DNA of 64,000 bases from an uncultured virus (IMG/VR IMGVR_UViG_3300010885_058378). Taxonomy: Duplodnaviria > Heunggongvirae > Uroviricota > Caudoviricetes. Shown piece by piece: positions 58,201-62,665 of this stretch (its first letter is position 1; the number at the start of each line of letters is the position of its first letter). The position numbers were made by a program, and so were the translations under genes. A model generated the notes under the pieces. It made no database searches. It had not been told where the DNA came from and was given only the letters and a program-made list of their open reading frames with translations. Where the stretch lies: IMG/VR virus record IMGVR_UViG_3300010885_058378, positions 62,001 to 126,000 of that record; one strand, 5' to 3'.

Positions 58201-60131
58201 TTATATTTTTTATTAAATAATTCTGGAGTTGGATCAACCTCAACCGCAATACTGTCTCCATCACTAGCTTTTAATTTACCCGCATTGGCTTTATTGCTTT
58301 TTGCAAAAGGTAGCGGATCTATATCATCATATAATTTACCTCCTTGAGTAACCATGCCAGCATTAGCAAATCTTTGTCTTTTTTTTGCTGATCCGGCCCT
58401 TATACTTCCACCGCCCCCATACTTATTCATATTATGAAGATTATCTGATCCTATAGTCTCAACAGCCTTTTTTCGTATCACAAATTCTCCTGGCTCTAAC
58501 ATTGCAGGAACAGTATCTCCACTACCAGTTCCTGGAACAACTCCACCTCTTGCAAATTTTCTAATTACTCCACCATTAGCTTTACCATCTGGTCCTCTTT
58601 TAACTCCAGTACTAAAACCACTAGCAAATTGAGTTAAAGCTTTGGCACCCTTAAATGCTGTTATAACAGCAAGAGCGGGTAATATTCCTTTAACAGCATC
58701 TGTCACTTTAATTAGTCCACTAGCTAAACTTAAAGCTCCTCTTATTAATGACTGAAAACCTTTTGATTGTCCTATTTCTCTGAATAGAGCAAAAAACTCT
58801 TGTCTTACTTTGCTAATCTGATTTGCTAAAGAAAGTTGTGCAGTTGCGGCGTCTTTCGCTAACGATCCTTGGCCAGCTTGAGCGGTCTTTAATGCTTCTT
58901 GAGCAACTGTGAACTGCTGAATAAGCGGAATAACTTTACCTATTTGTCGGAATCCACCAAGTTCTTCAACTATCTTAGAGAACTGAGCAGTTCTTGGATC
59001 AATTCCACTCAACCCCTTACTTAATAATTCAACAGCTTTATATGCTCCTACGAATTTACCTTCGGTATCAGTTAGATTAACTCCAAACTCTTTGAGAGAA
59101 TCAATTGTGCTTCCTCTCTGAATACGAGTAAAAATAGTTCTTAAACCAGTAGCAATAGTTTCAGCACTTTCACGAGTTGTAGCACGAACACTTGTAAACA
59201 CTGCTATAAATTCATTTAAAGCATCCTTACCTTCACTAACTCCTTTACTTGCAGTTGCAAATACGCTACCCGTTCTTTGAACAGCAGTAATAATGTCAGA
59301 AGATTCAACGGCGAATTTTGCAGCAACAGTATTTACAGCACCTAGTGCTCCTTCTAAATCATCAGCACTAATACCAAACTGTCTCATTAATGCGATACTT
59401 CCTTCTACTGTCTCATTCATATTATCAAATGATGGAGCTAAACTACTTAAAGCTAAAGCTCTTAATGCTTTTTCTGTTTCTCTCGCACTCAAACCAGCCT
59501 GTGCTAATGTAGAAGCAACAGAGGTTAAATCTTTAGAACTAACACCAAATGTTGTTGATAGATTTGTAATTTGTTCTTGTAGTTTGGCAAGACCGGTTGA
59601 CGATTCACCAGTAACTTGTTGTAGTTTAACTAACTCTTTATCATAATCAATAAATGCTTGAACACCCTGACTAATACTATTTGTTAATCCGTATATAACA
59701 CTAGTAACAGTACTAAATGCTACGAATCTTCTAATGGCAAGACCAGCCTGTTTACCGAACTCTTGCATCTCTGCTGATGCTGATCCAAGATCTTTTGCTG
59801 ATGAGGCTGATGCTTTGTTAAGTTTATTAACAGCATTAGCTGCCGCATTGATTTGTTGTGGAACATTATTTATTTTGACACTATTTATACTATTACCAAA
59901 AGCTTTGATAGCTGCCGAGGCAGCAGTAGCAGATGTTGTTGTTGAACCAAATGCTGCATTTAAGCCTTTTAGGGACGAGGACAAAGCCGCAACATTTTTA
60001 GTAACAGCAGGATCAAGCTTAAAAGTAATATTTGCATTAATGTTACCAAGATCTTTTTTAATTTGTGCAGCAATTTGCTTTACATTTGTTGGTCCTTGTA
60101 AATTCAGTTGTGCAGTTAAGTTGAATGCCAT
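43203..60131 (-). CDS. Giant tape measure protein (5642 aa) carrying multiple enzyme-like domains
   Basis: N-terminal TMP domain (FIDYDKELVKLQQVTG, LAQAGLS, IATGLRTIFTRI); follows the tube and chaperone genes. It has four DTVPA(M/L)L(T/E)PGEFV blocks and internal nuclease, peptidase, kinase, nucleotidyltransferase and ART motifs. Confidence 0.9.
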   Translation of the reverse strand: MAFNLTAQLNLQGPTNVKQIAAQIKKDLGNINANITFKLDPAVTKNVAALSSSLKGLNAAFGSTTTSATAASAAIKAFGNSINSVKINNVPQQINAAANAVNKLNKASASSAKDLGSASAEMQEFGKQAGLAIRRFVAFSTVTSVIYGLTNSISQGVQAFIDYDKELVKLQQVTGESSTGLAKLQEQITNLSTTFGVSSKDLTSVASTLAQAGLSARETEKALRALALSSLAPSFDNMNETVEGSIALMRQFGISADDLEGALGAVNTVAAKFAVESSDIITAVQRTGSVFATASKGVSEGKDALNEFIAVFTSVRATTRESAETIATGLRTIFTRIQRGSTIDSLKEFGVNLTDTEGKFVGAYKAVELLSKGLSGIDPRTAQFSKIVEELGGFRQIGKVIPLIQQFTVAQEALKTAQAGQGSLAKDAATAQLSLANQISKVRQEFFALFREIGQSKGFQSLIRGALSLASGLIKVTDAVKGILPALAVITAFKGAKALTQFASGFSTGVKRGPDGKANGGVIRKFARGGVVPGTGSGDTVPAMLEPGEFVIRKKAVETIGSDNLHNMNKYGGGGSIRAGSAKKRQRFANAGMVTQGGKLYDDIDPLPFAKSNKANAGKLKASDGDSIAVEVDPTPELFNKKYKKPDNKTLLYPKEQGRFKTSSRLDGVDAFEMRLSKQEREVYGASGGPASASNREKARAAKQITIDFITDLGAENVSQAFKDTNQVDVYGRPLLKLQSLNDTLIKAAVAKEHGTGPGQDIIQSDKLANRLKIMQNNEGFGNVKTSSWDRVIRDDYMFNYLPEGDPDRIINNKIQRRTRKIPTLDDNGFVKKMKETKGLARFMVGGKAKETRSFGSGTFPFPKRISNAYFKEIDAKLNKEQVDKAFSGGSFLEYPEDFRFKVDQAKATEAFDSMPFDRKQFADSFKSKLANSAIYRRMSDFAKFIGLPREDLSLALPNHIDFTDLGLRGLGQFDRTGTGTKRTSGYDLSSSGYTEANDQDLYGYEKLVAEKQKELKKIIKTQVKTFDDGSFSYDEALAKQTWDEINDLQMKISNTKKLKNQAELTAMDQMQTTAKATGRGAITMSTGRLSGRKNDTFYHEMTHQLFQGLRTRSSESFDKYKSRVVSLFGGDNNDLADAFDSLESSYNSSDVVYGRSYKVGTLDQIIQQNRSISRGDKPAKTPEAATAASSLWAKSLGIKKAKDFKPLNPEVNQALLDNSISQSYIDRIEDSGKEEFLTTLVQNYPRLDSNLQGALDSTLTDLLGSAGIQRQTYAAGGKVERKIGIIDTDVLRDPANASIVDKAMEKLGITDVSDYTTKLGELSAKARKTGSLSRLTAIAGAAGSGKSSLATGFSANDDASLRKTIRSQILTPEDIDKVNEVIAITSTASESKLDAYLRDVDRAYILSSNTQSEQEKLRANREQRDATGQGLYGRKPGTTRGADTDFGLEETILRDELGKKATVLGRKSDGFGLRRKKENELPEIVQAGGFYMGGFAPPTRGHRGALDTLLENMLAKNPSSSLEDILVSVAPDLPMIVGKEGIDHAARYGIFPADIRTLFSKMNFGNAMISTQGQPAGSLPKFMEVIGDGDRRKFARLKGAMAITSGKDDKVLGKYQRAGIDVKDIPRIEDISATAVRDALFHGDDKSLANLMNPDIASILMGNRSQLRNRSTMVPMLIEEIQKFVDQEKIRSNDEVSQILSNAPGGPYGNVSADLKKNYPEIADQVKQIRDKRDRVSKGAFGYRAFNIISALSAKYPEIYGLDPSRKSAVSTQPSDITKEAIAAQLSEQMSGEFGGVPTAMPSGLEEAILKNVEKATQVKKSSGILPAQGTEILKRFGTDRLPNDASFGPFSGKTVRDTAEGGKLKYWNSAFRPETKADKLAYYIATRDYLIDKFKQSQGTQKATTLAETTNAVLSSKQLGLVGLNPLGYTGLLGPETWNLGVDSSGQERSIDASIVQRGLPNQYQNVIDYLSGQTEEIVGGASKLLGIEPKKLSKKQRETLGQGNIEGALLEQIFGSADATILDDALRTRPIDFPMGIGPKAAKIFGIDPDIPTEVKRTIDSNSRGKAVEEFQKHFRQQYGIPEPVKEDIQMLSDGGWVRGSYSPPDIAARAKTLGMSQEELTAKLEERLDNRYKDYAIPDWEINKRFGLIPSKKTSPEQERYELAQANKQKRIQEAMEKQGRKPKEFETKTNDEKMWRKNRGYATGGKVKLYHGSNTGVDDSVLKSFKEKGALSNIAKGYGQGEGFYLYTEKNKAEQQAKMRVNGGSNFTVAQGDRSGKPMVLSFDETLDPKTYDLDYELQKGLVVQWMHDNYDTLKDKYAPTENQTGLKGKFDKNPDAGMMSVGVRVQEGSQTLKSEDGTEFTLPGGSRKSIYAGSEGDVREGALLGQLMSRIQSGDPELINSFESKLFEKPLGLALKYVGSSPLKPTNIETFAQGGQAGISSKDTVPALLTPGEFVVNKKAAEKIGYGKLETLNKADKLQGYNKGGVVGGGVIQRFATGGSVFSIEEIMKALKGFAEPAVQKLKTRPETIDSKSIEASSELVNNIKLLTKGFEEAGYSMISFKKVLEQVGAGADISYKDIEKAMTKDVERLKITGASIDTIIAAEKALKNVRDQAKTAVVKRQFLEAGLKESKKGKVLGSGGAQQAILTEADRIEKSIKAQREKQLTQSLSGGPGGYGPSFGNASQIKEEVKRRLDEQAKEIKEMSFSSATQKVTGIKKSELSDMGIGGSDIQSYISQSMTDRKTLAQMDKQLIAMRLEEYKNAGTVRGVSVKSASEALSLAKEEVGKRREMINEMAKEQGEKGVGAGGLTDWRNSPIKKAVQERYFSGTASQGIGTALGDVGMVAGLVGGQGKNIANLMYDTSTDEGKIAAAGKGAAIEQAGSTLATGLTTASQLMAINPLLGGLAALGTVVYATTDYFTDFTGAQKTAALEMEKNLRFEEVAASEKDLAKAFKDFEKDIGNIDLQKALDKALVRSSESSLKAVSAETKVAQNEKGKTRTWTEFLSGAEKPKMDTQDFNELDSKIAERNADSGDKAFALISQKINTGASVESIQADKELIGARRALVLADEDALKTVRARIMEEGGYEKVSKEKQDAILDEVANQKILTNVQVQSAIKTKQMSDALEAADKAGRKLAASFEKLSSIISESVNRIKFESDVRKSSAEESRSALRGESQDRGPKLRELNVLENPNAYSEKDFNQALQSATAGVDEKTRNQLIGGAQLQQQLPNAITKSIAEKLNTNANLNVDQAKTEAIKTTNEQIDKTNLSDEQKTSLKKQAETRINNLAEESKKKNDTPQAELDAFREGLGEADNILGAFGVKTLEAVKALSSFKQGALADFSEGLRDASKAAKDSQNYFKKSRDISTQGNRNLREVMTGVGETYGEKQARVMGDVAGLAGGQTSVGGIKNRIVDLQAQRTAVEEKRQGMSDPDELKKSAIQLRSLDDQLRDTREALDTLASSTELVEKAFDDLKNVRDLQKNRESFVNTLLTNTPEEADKLNKTFIRLQRNLSGGLNGASNQRDARKAFNQTLRETGSVREATKAGNTVLANQRKETLALSQDPGVKAAQELNIRNQYAQGKGKPGVSADQAVADYFKQQQLQLTKSMAIESGMMNNPLVQQSIAAMENPKADPAMQEAAGKYLQSVGLQADATKAQGELALLESQQALVSANANLKVSIDDLRTTVEASMANNDMNEGRINAPGGAKVPLNIGVAAPVAPPKARGGLIYASEGQLVNFQPQGTDTVPAMLTPGEFVINARSTSEHLPLLKAINSGNYSKGGVVYLADGGEVQKRKEERIDAQKESWMMSEATGRRPDEVVSRTSSSWAQSQVGDGRWMGMTEDERQSEAKKYEPEFQNRWDNYNNRKADAQLRSANNSGYDSIKEDPNSGIVGVNFYNEEKKRSKERFEKASAAETEASNNQMAQSPMEQPVPVAVPLPIMTKIPWGRGAAINVGPTQETINERKRIKSEESRRRSLWLKGSKGRSSEEETEYAALRTKQGYSEAVIDGLSESEITRKMALNNIPPSKRTPDQQNRLDTINYKRTLSQKLDNIQSRDVEDNLAASKRVKRDRYNRLNPLINPESETSESPALQRPNAVNPSGLDSATASRINEAYSRPSNEQQAAQQNAAIESGIRQQYTTARPDITDPAVSSGVRQGLASQTNAPVNLRTPEIKNKDERLGVNIGPMVPSPRVSLPGDYVAGSYRAYGIDPNPRFESQKTTRDRESSRRDSFGFPLGSPSNTLATEAMIKYPNQLSNSQIAYQHAGATDPLEYSNDPKLRAEAETQNVYRTTASPGLSSSIQTATTSSDTKKKREADSAITSTKIGIEKRAQIAAQEQTFDVEFNQLLESGAWRDDEGNREAYKKQRRQQVINERNRSKIDEQTGKIDNKFNQLLSEGKVKEDQREQYRTEQRKYMPKPYMEKLENYVVPTTEQLLQDQANSEAIAQFEGAQQVTASEKVRAQQQKAEEDRQASLYINSSNPATAAVGYVGGVTQGIGDALYGAANITAGAVATVVSPIVGGIGYAMSGDDTAVKIGDENNLRNRTAENMYDEARANGRPMPSPQEIAAAQDVAIIRARTFTANSNRLNNQQGAYSAATSAAADVGLRAMGAGATSFVEAGQAVAGMGPIQNGTETALQRNDARNVELAGGMDSYLGFTTAGFQTAGYAASQGVGAVINAEGAVFNAAGRMAGAAGRVASRIPGVSGVGRAASRIPGAASVGRAAGTVDRAITGVARGAGRLGGRIPGARGAGRVVNNFVEGVQDVATQMGDVIGVRGITPNYSRPNLNRSNVTSPFKDMAPAKPVTFAESAPTKIRSIDDINPLEYDGNYGRLAAKAKAVRSRALDEKLSNIDLTMPTSGSPVKPKITAAEYTRLAEEAKAAKRASKPRVTAEEFMARTKPDVAVLPTKRPLPEVINVTDPVNIRQVQENLANDLADYVTPARRDKFLSEFIDKSTPQSVSVDPTALAEAQKKVAKNIGPVKNPEAMVTSGNKMVFRDPNAKTSVVQHELAHSFQTKTAGMKIDPFGGKKLKSSGLMKQIESFVDDPKGLAAITGGKGYSASQIKKAPYELLSTLMQHMSKVKGNKRAESILKQLMKFHGYSKGGLVSYFADGGSVNAIVKTATTTAKNVSDIGKAAYEGNVTLDTASSALGLAQTFATNAPMKGVAGVGRGMADIVTGTQTLLSNEKSSLDKTQAIGDISKASLDTAANAAPMISSSLSSAGRVSGQIAGKMAPVLAIAGGAMAGLQDEKAIQQGISAPTRAVFGAISGSASSGGSIIGKLANQEISNNTDERLAQMESAARGAAIGASAGSVVPVVGPAAGAVVGGSIGFGSESLKVGTEAGSIDIANREQSQRFKQRANDLAEQGRIPLHYTQSPEYKKAQQQSSDPARYDAATYNSGGLVYANNGALVPSLSQGTDTVPAMLTPGEFVVNRESSQQHMPLLNAINSGHFNRGGIVNYLANGGIVAPKYYANAGPVTGGSGGSSGVSNDISSSISTAVGQAMNEAVGQLSTALQSGMESYSQMMQSSTETLNNFGQTFANATQSFGNSTAGFAQSADNLPNTLNIHGEVKNVVDFLGFGKEGDRIVSSAAQAGELSGRHASQNTFASYDRKVTEGAFNSSANNKPMGKA

Positions 60132-60161
60132 AATTTGATTGTCCTAATTAATTATTTAGCT

Positions 60162-60206
60162 AAAAAAATATTCCCAGCCACAAGAAAAATCTCATGGTTG
60201 GGAATA
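60162..60206 (-). terminator. Rho-independent terminator-like hairpin between chaperone gene and TMP
   Basis: Inverted repeat TATTCCCAGCCA / TGGTTGGGAATA (60169-60206) with an A7 run at 60162-60168, i.e. a U-tract on the - transcript. Confidence 0.65.
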
Positions 60207-60233
60207 CTAAAAAGAAGAATTATGTTATAAAAA

Positions 60234-61133
60234 CTAAGCTGGAGCAACCTCTTTTGATTCAGAAACGACGGGCTGAGCTGGTTGGGTCTCTGGCTCGACT
60301 GTTTCTGTTTTTGCTGTTGGTTCATCTTTTTTGTCTTCTTCTAAGATAACTGGGTTTCCGTTTTCATCTAGGAAAGGCTGTGCATCAACGAGATAATCTC
60401 CATCAGAAGTTACTCTGTTGCCATACTTGTCAACAAAATTACCTTCTTCGTCTATGAATCTTCCACTCTCATCAATCAGCCTACCTTCCGCATCAATTAG
60501 TCTGCCCTTCTTGTCTACTAATCGTAGCTTATCATCAACAAATTTAAACTTCTTTAAGAATTTGTTTTCTGGTAAATTACTTTCGTAGTCATTATCCAAA
60601 CCATACAGCATATTGGCCAAGTTTTGTGCTCCTAGTAGTCCAACCTGATCAGTTGATCTATTAAGATAGTCTTCCATATTATTAAAATACGGTTGCTTGC
60701 TATCATTATACACCACACAAACACTAACTAAATAGTTAAATCTAGCATTATCAGCTTGACCTTCAGCACTATGGTTGTCTAGAGATGTACGAACACTGAT
60801 AAGATCTCGTATTTCATCTCTGACGCCCTTCATTTTAATCGCAAGGTCTTTGGCTTCGTTTAAACTAAATCCACCCTTAGCAAGCCTCTTCTCGCCATCA
60901 AGCAACTCTTTTTGCAAGGTGGTGAACTTAGCCTGTTTTTCATCATTCCATAATCCTTGATCTTCTAATAGATCGTCTAGTTTTGCCCTTACAACACTTT
61001 TGCTTTTAATAGCATCAGTAAAAGCTTGATTATAAACTTTCTGAGCCTCTCTTTGATCATTTAAAGACGGTGTTTTAACAAGAAACTCTTTTTCTGCACC
61101 ATCAACTGTTGTTTTAAAAGTCTTAGTCTTCAT
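60234..61133 (-). CDS. Putative tail assembly chaperone
   Basis: Immediately upstream of the TMP. ATG at 61133 with AAGGAG; helical, acidic C-terminus, 7-aa DxxG repeats. Confidence 0.6.
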   Translation of the reverse strand: MKTKTFKTTVDGAEKEFLVKTPSLNDQREAQKVYNQAFTDAIKSKSVVRAKLDDLLEDQGLWNDEKQAKFTTLQKELLDGEKRLAKGGFSLNEAKDLAIKMKGVRDEIRDLISVRTSLDNHSAEGQADNARFNYLVSVCVVYNDSKQPYFNNMEDYLNRSTDQVGLLGAQNLANMLYGLDNDYESNLPENKFLKKFKFVDDKLRLVDKKGRLIDAEGRLIDESGRFIDEEGNFVDKYGNRVTSDGDYLVDAQPFLDENGNPVILEEDKKDEPTAKTETVEPETQPAQPVVSESKEVAPA

Positions 61134-61425
61134 ATCTATCTCCTTCTTTCTTTTTATCAAAGTTAAATTGATATTTTTGTTTTACTGTTCCGTTATTTCC
61201 AAAATAATTGCTAAGATCATCAATTGCTGATCGTGCTTGTTTATTTCCATTATTGAGTATGCTATTTCTAGCATATTCCCACATATCTTCAAATTCTTCA
61301 GCTTCTTTGCTATCATTTTCCCATAAATGTCCAAAAATAGCTTCGAATCTTGCTAGTGAGCCAATCATTGTGGTTTGAAATTTTTTATATACATTATCTA
61401 CTAATATTTTTTGTTCGTTTGTCAT
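61123..61425 (-). CDS. Hypothetical protein (100 aa)
   Basis: ORF tightly packed in the tail operon. Confidence 0.65.
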   Translation of the reverse strand: MTNEQKILVDNVYKKFQTTMIGSLARFEAIFGHLWENDSKEAEEFEDMWEYARNSILNNGNKQARSAIDDLSNYFGNNGTVKQKYQFNFDKKKEGDRYED

Positions 61426-61436
61426 GGTGTTACTTT

Positions 61437-62474
61437 CTATCTTTTTCTTGCTTGAGATGCTTGATTCATTAAATCCATTCTAACGTCGGGTAAATTCCCG
61501 TCATCAACAGAGCCCACTTGCTGAACATAATTCATTTTCTCTTTCATTCTTCTTAAAGAGTCCGGAGAATTTAATCCAATAATATCCTCAATTTCTTCCT
61601 TGCTTTGTGGTATTAAAAATACTTCCTGGGCATTTTTTAATTTCGGATTCATCTCATCAATTTGGGCTTGTTTTTTCGCTTTTTGATTTTTCTCTCTTTG
61701 ATGAATCATCCAACCGTCTAACATATCGTCATCTTCAATAACATTATCTGACGGACACTCAGGATGATCATAAATATTATCATACATTCTAGTTACGCTA
61801 ACTGTTGTACGCTGATCATCTGTCCAGTCACATACTGCTTTATTAAAAACTTTTTCTTTATTGCAGTTCCAGTATGATCTCCACATGGAACTTCGTGCTA
61901 ATTCTTTATATGAGTCTATTGCTATGTTTTTTTTATTAACTTCTGTTACTAAATCATTAAAGTAAATATATGATGCTTGGTCACTAGATACTTGTTTGGG
62001 AAAAACTCTCATATTATTTTTAAATAATGTATTACAAAGTATATACTCATTTTTTATGGATGATGCATATCCTTCTAAACTATGAGAAAATAGATCGTTT
62101 TTATAGTCCATAATTTTATTTAATTGATTTCTATATTCACTTAATGATCTTTTAATTTTTTTTACTTTATCTGATAATGCTGCTGATAAAAACATATCCA
62201 CTTTGCTTCTTTCAATCTTTTTTTCTATATCTTTAATAATCTTGTTTGTGTCCTTTGACCACAGACCCAAACTAATTAGCATATTGTCTAAATCTTCTGC
62301 TCTAATCCAATCATTATATTTTTCATCATTAATAATACTATCATATAATATTTGAGCTTCATACTTAATATCAACAGACGAGTTTTTTAGCTCATATTGC
62401 TCATTTTTATATGTGAATAATATTTTTCCTGATAACACTCTATATAATAATAATTCCAGATCAGCATCAGTCAT
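61437..62474 (-). CDS. Putative tail assembly chaperone, paralog of 60234-61133 with an extra C-terminal domain
   Basis: Shares LD..L...GLW and HS.EG.A motifs with 60234-61133; lies between tube and TMP genes. Confidence 0.55.
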   Translation of the reverse strand: MTDADLELLLYRVLSGKILFTYKNEQYELKNSSVDIKYEAQILYDSIINDEKYNDWIRAEDLDNMLISLGLWSKDTNKIIKDIEKKIERSKVDMFLSAALSDKVKKIKRSLSEYRNQLNKIMDYKNDLFSHSLEGYASSIKNEYILCNTLFKNNMRVFPKQVSSDQASYIYFNDLVTEVNKKNIAIDSYKELARSSMWRSYWNCNKEKVFNKAVCDWTDDQRTTVSVTRMYDNIYDHPECPSDNVIEDDDMLDGWMIHQREKNQKAKKQAQIDEMNPKLKNAQEVFLIPQSKEEIEDIIGLNSPDSLRRMKEKMNYVQQVGSVDDGNLPDVRMDLMNQASQARKR

Positions 62475-62610
62475 CCTTGTTCCTGGTTTGTTTTAACTTT
62501 AGAATTTCAGAATCCTTGTCCTTTAACTGCTGCTGTAAACGCTCTAGCAGTTTTTGCATATTATACATGTCTACATATAATTTTCCTACTATACTAAATA
62601 GCTCATCCAT
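62467..62610 (-). CDS. Small coiled-coil protein (47 aa), below the ORF-track cutoff
   Basis: MDELFSIVGKLYVDMYNMQKLLERLQQQLKDKDSEILKLKQTRNKDD; AGGA upstream; the stop overlaps the next start. Confidence 0.65.
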   Translation of the reverse strand: MDELFSIVGKLYVDMYNMQKLLERLQQQLKDKDSEILKLKQTRNKDD

Positions 62611-62665
62611 AGTTGTCCTAAGTCCTGTTCAATATCCCTTGTCTGCTTACAAATTTAAATAATTA

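Noticed and set aside
43203..60131. Peptidoglycan hydrolase (lysozyme/transglycosylase/M23) domain expected in a TMP
   Set aside because: No convincing motif was recognised by eye; a profile search would be needed.
44029..60138. Numerous short + strand ORFs opposite the TMP and other tail genes
   Set aside because: They lie antisense to long coding genes, with no recognisable motifs or ribosome-binding context.
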